Assembly: GCA_001724265.1 (NCBI GenBank)
Contig: MEDY01000447.1
Coordinates: 1-34,427, forward strand
DNA length: 34,427 nucleotides
Direction: 5' to 3'
Origin: Rhizaria sp. SCN 62-66
Taxonomy: Eukaryota
The notes beneath the pieces were generated by a model. It did not search any database, was not told where the DNA came from, and worked only from the letters and a program-made list of their open reading frames with translations. This document shows, in pieces, positions 1 to 10,522 of the stretch (its first letter is position 1; each line of letters starts with the position of its first letter). The translations under genes and the position numbers were made by a program.

Positions 1-261
1 CTCAAAATCTCACTATCTTGGAAAGTACAAACTTAACCCCTGTGGGCAAGTCCGAGGTTTCTGCATGAAGAGCAAGTCGTAGAATTGTGTAAATGCACAT
101 TTAAAGAAGGGCAGTTAGTCCACATGTTGTCCACTGCCACCACTTCGTTCTAACAAACTGAATGTTCACTACATTTAACATCGTTGTCATAATAATTTTC
201 GATATCTTCATCATACATCATACTTAATTCATAAACACTATCATCACACAAAATCGCCGTC

Positions 262-633
262 GTGTTTGTGCGCAAATTGTTAGCAATCTCACATTGTAGT
301 TGCGTCGAGCGCGGTCACAGCTACTCCGAACACGAGACACATGTCAACCACAATAAGTTTCCTTGGGTCATTCGGGCGTGGGCGTACGCATGGGAGCCCG
401 CTGAGATCAAGAAAGGACGACATTTTATGCGCAAGGTTCATTCGCCTGGTGTTGACACTGCTGTCAACTCAGCTAACGGCAACTTTCGCTTTGCACTCGA
501 AACAGCGGGCGGCATTCACACAGCAGAAACATCCCGCGATCATGGGAAGGAGATTATTGACGGTCTTGACAAGCATACTTTGTGGGTATTAAGTAGTACA
601 CTGTACAGTGTAACTGGTATAGTGATGATATGA
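262..633 (+). other. Possible exon or fragment of a small unidentified gene convergent with gene A
   Basis: Moderately GC-richer island (~300-585) with open frame, flanked by a possible acceptor (TTGTAG, ~299) and donor (TGG|GTATTA, 586). No recognisable motif. Confidence 0.2.
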
Positions 634-1220
634 TTGCCAACTTGTTTTTTGATGGTCAACGCATGGATCTCTTTCCGCATGCACACCCACTTCTCACAAA
701 CGTTGCACAACCTGGTGATAGTATGCCACCGATCAACACAACGTCTTCACTTCAGGAGTGGATTGACGCGTTTGCGCGAGCAAACAAAATATCCATGACA
801 AGTATGTCGCTGTAGCGAGAACGCTGAGAAGCATTACACACAGTGTGACCTTGCTTCGGCAAGTCCAGAGGTTGAACCGTTGCTTCGGAATCACTTCGCC
901 CAAAATACCTTCAAAGGCACGCCATGGCGTGCTTTAACCCGAAAAATGTGACATACTGACCCACTCAACAGGTTCAATTTACAACAGCAAAAACAAAATA
1001 CTCATGAAGATGGAGATTAAATTGCGTATGAAGTGTATTGAGATTCACAAGTAACACTGCACGCAAGATCAAAAACATGCATAAATTGCGATTTAAACGA
1101 CAGATAATATTCTATTTCGAAAAATGACCAATGAATGATAAAGACATATGTTTAATGAACTAAAAGTACGAGCAAAAGAAATATTATTTCCAATCCTAAG
1201 TTGCGACTTCCGTTCGCCGC

Positions 1221-3977
1221 TTAGTTACTGATGTTGCTTCCACCGTTCTCAGTGTCAAGCTGCACCCAGTTGAGGAACTCCTTGCAGCCAACGAGTCCGT
1301 CACGGTCCGCATCCGCCGAGCGCATGAGACAGCCGGCCTCCACAGCCGCCGGGTCCACTGCCGCACTCACACTCACAGTGACGTTGCTGCCGACTGCAGG
1401 GGTGACCATGAGCAGGAGCGGGTCGCTGCGGTCAAGCGCGGCCGTGAGGGCCTTGCCAATCGGCGCTGTGAGTCCCAGAGCGCGCAGCAGACGCGCCACG
1501 TCGTCCTTCCGCAGCCACCCGCAGCCAGCCGAGTCAAACGCCGCGAACGCTTCAAGCGCGCCGCCGCGCCAGCGTCCCAGCGCCGCGCGCGCGAGACGGT
1601 CCAGCGCGTGCGCCAATAGCAAGCGGGCGGGGGTGCGCACCGAGAGGACCGTTTCGAGCGGAGTGCCCACGGGCGAGGTGCGCGCGCGGAGACGGCACTG
1701 CAGCGCCTGTGCAAAATGCAGAGCGCGCGCGCGCAGAGGCGCGGCGGCGAGAGCACGGACGAGCGAGGCCGTCTCGTCGACAGAGAAGAAGAAACGGTTG
1801 TCCAGGAAGCGCAGCGCATGGGCCGCGGTTGCGCCCTGTTCGCTGCGAGACCACACACCGACGGCTGCGTCGGCCAGCGAGCTAGCAACGACCGCGGTCG
1901 TCGCGCTCGCCGCAGGGGCGACACTGGTGTTGAAGTTGTGGCTCCAGGAGTCGAGAACTGACCCGTCGTCAAGCAGACGCACTGCCAGCGACACGCCCAG
2001 CAACGCGCCGTCATTGCCGCTGTTGTTGCCGATGTTGTTATTAGCGACGGCAGAGGCGAGGGACGCGAGCGAGCCGCTGTGGATTGCGCGGCGCAGACCG
2101 GCCGCTTCGGACAGCGTGAGCGCGACTAGACGCGATGACACGCACACCGCGCTATTGTCGCTCTCGCTACCGCGAGCACTTGCGTTGGGCACGGCGACCG
2201 TGCGGTGAGACGCGGAGAGCGATGCGCGCACAGACGACAACACTGCGGCGACAGAGGCGCGGGTGACGCTGCTCGCACCGGGCGCCGCGCGCGCCTGCAG
2301 CAGAGCAGCCTCAGTGTGCAGACCGGCGGACCGCAGGCTGGCCACGACTTCGCTGAGCGGGGCGCTGTCACAGTCAGCGCTCTTGTTCGCAACGTTCGCC
2401 GTATTGGCGTTGTTCGAGTGAGCGCGGGCGAGCATGGCGAAGACACGCACAAGATCCTCGCTCTCCTCTGTGTCAACATCAACGCATGCGTTGTCCTTTT
2501 CTTCGCTCTTGCTCTCATTCTTACTCTTATCCACCCCCTTGGTAGTCGCGGTGACACGAGAGGGAGCAGTGTTGGCGTGGAGGAGATGCCACTCCGCGAT
2601 GACGTGCACGTTGCGCAAGCGCGGCATCGTCGCACGGTCAAACAGCTGGCGTGGGTCGAAGAAATGGCGACTGTATAGCACAGAAGGCGGCAGCGCAAGC
2701 GGGGCCGCGTCACTGCCAGGCAGCTCAGCCTCGCTTGCACGGTAGAACGGATGCAGGAAATCATCCCGCTCGCTGACGCCATCACTGTTATTGCTGCTGA
2801 CGACAACAGCGGCAGTGGGCTTGGCGTCGGCGGAGCCGTCCTTGGCTTCGTCAGCGCCTGCGTGAGCGACACTGGTGATGGGCGGAGGGCCCACGCTGGT
2901 GAGGGGCGGGGGTCCGCCGCCGCTACTATTGAGAGGCGGAGGGCCACTGGCAGCGAGGTTAAACGTAAACGTGGGCTGCTCGTCATCGTCATCGCTGTTG
3001 TCGGCGACAAATGCGCTGCCAGTCGAAGCCTTGATCGCAGGCGCCGCCGCAGCAGCCTTGTCGGTGACAGCATACTGAGACGCACAGTCCTCAGCGGACG
3101 CAAGAGAGACAATGGTGCCAGCCGCCGGCCCCTCCGGGCGGAACAGCGCAGCCAGCGGCCAGGCCTTGGTCTCAGCGTTGAGCGCGAAAGAGAACTGCAG
3201 CATACTGTGCTGCACGGCCTGCTCCTCGACTTCAACCTCTTGCTCATTGACCATCTCCTGCTCCAGGCGGTCCACCTGCATCTTTCCAGCGCCCGCAGCC
3301 TCTAGCGCGCGCACTGCACGCGCGAAACTGCGCGCCCACTGCCGCGAGACAAGCTCGCGCGCGTTGGCAACAACCATCTTGTGCGCCATTGCACGAACAC
3401 GCGCGTCGACGCTCTCTCCGATCTCATCATCGTTCGGCACTCTCAGCTCGGCGCCGAGACCGATCTTGCCAGCCAGATCGGTGTCCGCGGCGGCGGCCTC
3501 GCGGCGCAGCACGGCCGCCAGCGACAGCGGCTGCGGGACGGCAGTCTCAAGCCCGTGCACGATCGGCTCCTTGAAGAACTGCAGACGCGCGGGCGCGTGT
3601 GACAGCTGCGGTGGCCCGTCCGCAGGCAGCATTGAGCGGACAACGATGCGGCGGACTGACTCGCGTGCGGCGTACTTGCAGTGCTGTACGAATTGCACGC
3701 GCTCAGCGTTGGCGGCGTTGACGAGTGACCACGCCATGACGTCGTTCGGGGTCACGCCCTCAGCACTCGCCACAGCAGTCGTCGACACGCTGGTGCTACG
3801 CTCTTCGCTGCTGGAGGCGTTTGTGGTGGCGAGACGAATCAAACGTGCGAGCTCAGGCACGACGAGTACGACAGCGCGCTGACCGGTGGCGATGCCACGC
3901 ATGCGGTAGGCGCCCTGGGAGTAGTCACGCAGAGTGAGGTCCTTGCCCAGCGTGATCGCAGCGACGGCGTTCGGAGC
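1221..3977 (-). CDS. Gene A terminal exon (918 aa + TAA): helicase motif VI-like QGAYRMRG, EQEMVNEQEVEVEEQ segment, low-complexity linker, EF-hand pair
   Basis: Acceptor CAG 3980-3978, exon in frame with the 893-aa ORF (3977-3902 = 75 nt). Confidence 0.9.
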   Translation of the reverse strand, partial: APNAVAAITLGKDLTLRDYSQGAYRMRGIATGQRAVVLVVPELARLIRLATTNASSSEERSTSVSTTAVASAEGVTPNDVMAWSLVNAANAERVQFVQHCKYAARESVRRIVVRSMLPADGPPQLSHAPARLQFFKEPIVHGLETAVPQPLSLAAVLRREAAAADTDLAGKIGLGAELRVPNDDEIGESVDARVRAMAHKMVVANARELVSRQWARSFARAVRALEAAGAGKMQVDRLEQEMVNEQEVEVEEQAVQHSMLQFSFALNAETKAWPLAALFRPEGPAAGTIVSLASAEDCASQYAVTDKAAAAAPAIKASTGSAFVADNSDDDDEQPTFTFNLAASGPPPLNSSGGGPPPLTSVGPPPITSVAHAGADEAKDGSADAKPTAAVVVSSNNSDGVSERDDFLHPFYRASEAELPGSDAAPLALPPSVLYSRHFFDPRQLFDRATMPRLRNVHVIAEWHLLHANTAPSRVTATTKGVDKSKNESKSEEKDNACVDVDTEESEDLVRVFAMLARAHSNNANTANVANKSADCDSAPLSEVVASLRSAGLHTEAALLQARAAPGASSVTRASVAAVLSSVRASLSASHRTVAVPNASARGSESDNSAVCVSSRLVALTLSEAAGLRRAIHSGSLASLASAVANNNIGNNSGNDGALLGVSLAVRLLDDGSVLDSWSHNFNTSVAPAASATTAVVASSLADAAVGVWSRSEQGATAAHALRFLDNRFFFSVDETASLVRALAAAPLRARALHFAQALQCRLRARTSPVGTPLETVLSVRTPARLLLAHALDRLARAALGRWRGGALEAFAAFDSAGCGWLRKDDVARLLRALGLTAPIGKALTAALDRSDPLLLMVTPAVGSNVTVSVSAAVDPAAVEAGCLMRSADADRDGLVGCKEFLNWVQLDTENGGSNISN

Positions 3978-5585
3978 CTGAGAACGTTAGAAAAAACAAA
4001 GAAAAATAAGATACATGAGAACACGTTTTTGATTTAATATGAAGTTCAAGGAATACTATTTAATTCAACGAATATATGGAGAGTTAGCAAAAGTGAGAGC
4101 GTACCTGGCTGATGTCGATACCAACAGTGTGAACCTGGTCATAGAACGTGAACCGACGCTCCGCAGGCAGACCGCACTGCGCAAGCGGGATCACAGGCCT
4201 GCGGCCGTGGCGGTCCGCGCCACGCAGCATCACACGCGGCGAGTCGTCAGCGCCGATGAAGACGACACCGTCGACGTGTGTGAGGCCGTGTGTGAGAAGG
4301 TAAGCCGCGACCTGCTCGTTAGTTAAGCCGGTGACGAGCGCACCGGTGTCAATCAGCGCATGGAACGCGTCCGCGCCAGTGGCCGTCGCGATACGGCGGA
4401 GCACCGAGGCGACTGTCCAGTCCGCAGGCAGCGCGAGCGTGGAGACAACAGCGGGGTCACATAGTGTCGACACGATCATGCCTTCAGAGCCGCGCTCAAA
4501 GTGGCAGCGGCCGAGCGCCACGGGTAGCATATCCGACGGCGTGCCGGAGAAGCCGATGCAGTGGTCAAACACGGCGCCCGAGCCCAAGTCAAAGCCAGCA
4601 GCGGAGAGGTTAGTTTCCTGGCGCCGCATAACTTCGGGGAACACGTGCCGCAGCAGGTAGTGCTCGACGACAGCGGGTACGCGTGCTAGTAACGCGTGGA
4701 CCGCGGAGAGCTGTGCGGGGTCACCGGGCTGCACACCCGCGAGCGCGAACGGCACGGCTTCGTCGGGCACCGCAGCGAGGGACGGGTAAACGCGGCGGCG
4801 CACAAGGGCGGCGCGAACCCACGAGTCGAATAGCACCGCCGAAGGACGCAGCGAGTCGGGGCCGAGCTCGCGCGCCACATCAGCCTTAAGACGGACGAGA
4901 ACACGGCGGAGGTCAGCGCGGCGGACACCTTGGATGAGGTAGGCCATCGCGGTCAGCCCGGCGAGCACGTCTGGATGCGCGAACTCGGACGACGGCATCG
5001 GCGCGTCTTTACCGGCGTACGGCACGGCCGTGAGAGCACGGGAGCGTGGTTGGTGCGGGTGCGCTGCGAGGTACGCCGGTGAAAGCAGACCGTACGTGAC
5101 GCGGTTCACCTTACCGAGCGAGTGCGGGAGGAAGCTCAGCAGCCAGTCACGCGCGAGGTTCACCAGGGACAGCTGCTCACCGGTCAGAGCGGCCGCCACA
5201 CTCGCGGCGGGCTCGACCGCGGGGGACAGAGAGCGCGACTGGAGATACTCGAGCAGGCTGTCCTGCGACTCATCGCTGCCGTTATCACCGGTGCCGGTGG
5301 TCGCGGACTTATTAGGCGCGACGCGGATGCCGTTGGCACGCAGGAACAGCCGCATCCAGCGCGCGAGCAACGGCAGCAGGCGTGCAGCGTAGAACGAATT
5401 ATCCAGCAGCACCAAGTGCGGGCGACGCAGCAGCGCGCGCGCGGAGAGGCCGTCGGCGAGCGCTGCGATGAGTTCAAACAGCAGCGTCTGGCCGTCAGTG
5501 GTCAGAGCGAGGTGGTTGCCCGCGGCAGTGCCCACAGTGACCGCCGCTGCAGTGCTCTTGCTGCTGTTGTTGTTGCCAGAGTTGC

Positions 5586-5619
<34 letters not shown>

Positions 5620-8600
5620 GCTGTTGTTGTTGTTGTTGTTGCTAGTGCGCTGAAGAGCAGAGGAAAGCGCGTCGACGAGCACGAGCGGGACCTGCCAGCG
5701 CGCGGGCGCAGGCTGGAGCTCGCGCTTAGCACCGACGGGGAAGTTGAGCTCGGACTTGAGAGGATGCAGCAGCACGTCAACTTCGTCCATGACCAGGCGA
5801 CTGCAGCGCAACTGCAGCAGCAGCGTCTGCAGCTGCTTCAGGGCGGCCGCAAGCGTGCGCAGCTGAAGCGCAGTGTACGGGAACCAGCGGCACAACCATT
5901 CGCACTCGGACAACTGCGAGACAGGCGAACCAAGCAGAGTCGAGGCTGTCTTAGCGGCCGCGGCGTCGAGCTGCGCTGTGTCATCAGCGGACATGCCCTG
6001 GTTGAGCATGTGCTGGCGTGCGGCCACAGTCGCGAGATCGCTCATCGCAGCCGTGACTTCGACAGCCTTGAGCAGGACGGACTTAAGTGTGACGTCAGTG
6101 CACACAACAACACCGCCGGCGCGGGAAGATTCGCGCAGTTGCTCCACGAGCTGTTGCAGCACAGGCGAGACGCTCGCGCGCGCGGGGCTGGGCAGCTTGG
6201 CCAGAATGAAATCGGGCGGTGTGGCATTGTTATTGCTGTTAGAGTCAGTGGAAGGCGGAGGGATGATCTTCTCAGCGCGGAGCCGCGTGACAACAAACCC
6301 AAACCGTTGGCCACGGAGCGAGGCGGCGTACTTCGTCATCCACTGCTCGGAGCGGCGCAGCAGCGCTGTGGCAGGCTGGTCTTCGTCGACTGCGCCGAGA
6401 CCCATGATGCCGCCCATGTCACGCTGGAACGAGAACGTGGAGACGGGCACGGAGAAGAGAGCGGTGAAGCGGGAGCGGAGCACAGCGGTGGACATGGGGA
6501 GAAGCGCGGTGGGGACAGCGTTGACAGTGCACGGCAGCAGCTTATCATCGTCGTCCTCCTCCTCTTCCTCCTCGTCGTCGTCATCGTCCTTATCAGAGCT
6601 CTTCTCGGAGCCAGAGTCAAGGTCTGAGAACGAGTCGGAGTCGGATTCCTTGGCGTCAGACCCGTCGTCGTCACTGTTACTGCGGTCACTCATCCGCTCA
6701 GTGCTAGCCTTCTCATCATTGTCGCCATCATCGATATTGTTGTTATCGTCATCATCGCACATCATGCAGTCCTCAGCCTTCTTCGCAGCAGCAACAGCAG
6801 CAGTCGAGTTCGACTTAGCCTCCGCAACAACATCGTTGTCATCATCAGCGTTGTTGTCGTGCTTGAGCGGCTTTGCCTTGATCGTCTTCGCGCGCGTCAT
6901 CACATTCTGCGACGTGAACACCAGCATCACCAGCGGGCCCACCACTGTCGTCTTGCCAGCACCCATGAGCATCTGATGCACCGAATTGCGCAGCGTATGC
7001 AGCCCCGTCTTGCTGTGCAGCTGCTTCCAGCCAGGCAGCACCGGCGCAGCCACGGGGCTCACGCCCGCGCGCGCCTGCACGTCGGCCTGGGTCGCGAGCA
7101 TCGCGCGCACGACACTGTTGCCATCGTACTGATCGCCCGTTGATGTCGGCAGCGTGCGCACTGCGCAGGCGAGCACCACACGCCAGCCGCGGGGCGCGCT
7201 CTCACAGGGCGCGAGCGCGGCCGCACGGTGTGACACTGCAGGCAGCAAACGCGGCGCACTCAGCGCGCTCATCACGCCGGTGCCCGCGCTGTTGCCGCCG
7301 CTGGAGCCTGTGTCGAGACCGACGACGGCGACGGAAGTGGCAGGCGCGGGGCGGTTCACTGCGGGCAGCGCCTTCGCCGGGGCCGCGATGAAAGACCGCA
7401 CGAGCTCAACCTGGCCACGGCGTAGGACGATGTCGAAGCAGTACTCAAACGCCAGGAAACGCGGGTCATACACCACCGTATCGCGGCGCGTCAGGCCTTC
7501 GTGTGCGCCGTTGGCGATCGCAGCGGCGCCCGCGGCCACGGCGGCGGCGTCGGCGCAGGCGGCGTTGGCGTAGAAGCGGCCCGTCGTGAGCAAAGTCGCC
7601 AGAGACTGCGTCTGCTGTGCCAGCGCGAGCAGCGCCGCGGGTGCCAGAAGCGGGCCGTCAGCGGGTGCGCCGGCGGGTGCACCGGCTGCTGCTGTGGCAA
7701 GAGTGCGGGCGCGGAGCACGAGAGCCGGCGGCGCGGGTTGCAGCGAGGCTGGGATGGAGTTGAACACAGCGCTGATGGCACCGTTGCGCGCGAGCGCCTG
7801 TGCGACTGAGCGCGCGGCCTGGAGTGCGCGGTACAGCAGCGCAGTGCGGTTCACCCGTAGCATGTACACGGCGAGCACGGACATCACCTGCGCCGCGCCC
7901 TCAGTGTCGTCGAACCGGCGCGCGAGGGCGGGCAGCAGCATCGCGTTGGGCCCTTCACCCGTGGTGGACATGAGACCTTGGATGAGGTCGTTCACGCGCA
8001 GTGTCGCGCCGCCGAGAGCAAGGCGGCGCAGCTGCTCTTCGCGCTGCTTCTTATCGTCGTACAGCACAAACCGCTGCGCGACAAGCCCGATCATCACGCC
8101 GGTCATATCGCGCACCAGCGACCACACCGCGGCCTCACGTGCGCGCTCACGGGCCGCCGCGGCGCCAGCGCGGACGGCGGCGACCGCGGCGAGGATGCCG
8201 GCGCGGCGGCGCTCGGTGGCCGCGCGTGCCTGGAGCTTAGAGCGCGCGTTGAGCAGAGGGCCGACGAGGTCGAAGCGGCGTGACGCCTCGTGAGTGCGGA
8301 TTTGGGACTCGACGTGCGCGAGACAGCGCAGTGTCTCTGTGAGGCCGCGCGTGCACTTACTCTCCTCAGCACACTGACTGACAGTCGCACTCTTATTCGC
8401 AACAGGAGGAGGAGCGACGTAGCCGGGGAGATCGCGGACATCACCGTCACCGCGGATACTAAGTCCGAGTGCGAGATACGCGTCAACCGCCGCGGGCGTG
8501 CACAGTGGACGCCCGTCGCCACAGTCATCCACGACGTTTTCAGCACTAGCGGCGCGCTCGCACAGACGCGCGGACACACGTGCCCACTCGCGGATCCTCA

Positions 8601-10489
8601 CCGCGCTGCCGTCATCAAAGCGCGACAGCGGCAGCGGGGCGAATAGAGCCATGGCGGCCGCGTGGCCAGTCGTCGCAATAACGACGGGGCCGACAGTGCG
8701 GGTTTCGTCCTCGGCCAGCGCGGCCTCCGCGGCGGCGACGGCGGCTTCGAAGCGGCCGCCCGTGCCAGCGAGCCTGAGCGCCACTGCACGCGTGCGCAGA
8801 GGGTGGTTCTCAGCCAGCGCGCTCGAGTCGAGCAAGTTGGGATTGCCGCAAAGCGCTTGGCGCATCGTCACTCGCAGAGTCTCACGGATCGTGTGCAGTG
8901 AGCTGTCAAACAGCGCGGCCGCGCCGGGCACGCGGAGCCGTTGCGACCACTCAGCGGACCACTGCGCTGCGGTGAGCCCGGGGCGAGCGAGCACTGCGTC
9001 GACGAGCTGCGTCATCGTCAGCAGGGCAGGGCCCGCGGTGTTGGCTGCAGAGAGCAGAGACTCAGGCTCCGACGCCGCTGCCGCAGCCTCGGCAGCGATT
9101 GAGCGCGCGAGAATGCGGGCTGAGCGCGAGCCCGCGGCCGAGGCGCCAGAGAGCGAACGTGTCAGCAGAGCCGCCGGGTCAAGAGACGCAGACTGCAGAC
9201 TGAGCGAGCGGTTCATCGACGGTGCGCGCTCCAGCGAGGGCGCTGCAACCGCAGCAGCCGACTTGGTGATATCGATGTCGACGTCGGTGTCAATCATCGG
9301 TGCAGGCCCGGCAGAGAGCGTCGCAACCGCTGAGTCGCCACCGCCGAGGGACTCGGTCGGCGTGCCCTCGGCCAGCGGGCGGAAGCTCAGGCGGTTCGCA
9401 GCCCACTCGAGGAAGATCCGCGCGCGCGACGTGTAGCTCGCGTCCTTGCGCAGAAGTTCCTTCAGCGACCCCACGAGCGCGCTGAGCCGCTGCGCAGCCG
9501 CCGCAGCGGTCGTGGTTGTCAGAGTGCCCGACTGGAGCTCGGACAGCAGTGCGAGAAGCTCAGGCACGACGGGACGCGCCGCGCAGCGAGTCTGGCGCTG
9601 GTGAAGCTCGTAGTCGCGGCGGATGCGGCCGAGCATGCCCTGCGCCTGTGGGGACGCGAATGCGGAGTGACCGTTTAAGTCAAATGGCAACGCTGCAGCA
9701 GCACTGTTGCTCTTGCCAGTTCCAGACTGCGACTGTGCCTGAGAAGTGAGGAGCTTGACGTGCTCATCAAGGTTCGCTGCGAAAAGCGGCTGTGTGAACA
9801 GACACTCGAGCTCAGCAGGCGCGATACGCAAGTGCGGCGGCAGCAAATCAAGCGAGATATACCTCTCGGCGAGCGAGCGGTCAACCTGCACCCTGCGTGG
9901 AGGCAACGACACCGCAAACGAGTACATATCACGGTCTTGCTGGAAGCGCGGGGGTTCCATCGCGGGCTTCACCCAGTTCTTACCCGTCACCAAGGAGCGG
10001 CCTGCAGAGCACACGCCGTCGAAGTACTTCGCGATGAACGTGCCGGGCGCGCGGATCGCGGTGCCCTTGACGAGACGCGGCCGCATGAGCGCGAAATCGA
10101 GCTGATGTTGCAGTACCGAGGGCTCTGACGCGAGTTTCGTGATTGGCGCAGAGGCGACGGCGGCCGGGGAGGTGCGCATGCGTACCTCAGCCGTCGTGCG
10201 CGCTGACGAAGTGATATTGCGCAGTTTGTTCTCGAGATCGTCCAGTGCACCGGCGACGGCCTGGTCGCGCAGGCGGCGGCTCTCCAGCAGATCCGCGACA
10301 AGCGTGATAGAGGGCTCGCGGAAGGTCGCACACTCCAGAGGCGTCCGCGTCTTATAAACACAGATCTGGGCAGCGGCGGTGCTGGAGCCCGCCAGCGGCG
10401 TCGCGGGGCGCTGCGGGATCGCGAGCTCAATCACATCCTCCGGTGCAACACTCGCCGGCGCAGCAGCGAGAATGCGCGCGCACTCAGCA

Positions 10490-10522
<33 letters not shown>

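Larger units (their letters stand above)
3890..7470 (-). other. DUF3638/DUF3645 SF2-helicase-like P-loop NTPase region of gene A
   Basis: YDPRFLAFEY (7470-7441), Walker A MGAGKTT (6966-6946), Walker B MDEVD (5790-5776), EFAHPDV, GFSGTP, LIDTGA, DQVHTVGID and QGAYRMR in SF2 order. Confidence 0.82.

Noticed and set aside
5468..5653. Poly-Leu/Val/Thr ORFs resembling membrane or mucin-like peptides
   Set aside because: Alternative readings of the (AAC)n microsatellite.
6541..7387. Inteins in the insertions flanking Walker A of gene A
   Set aside because: Low-complexity sequence with no N-terminal Cys/Ser splicing block, no terminal His-Asn and no homing-endonuclease motif.
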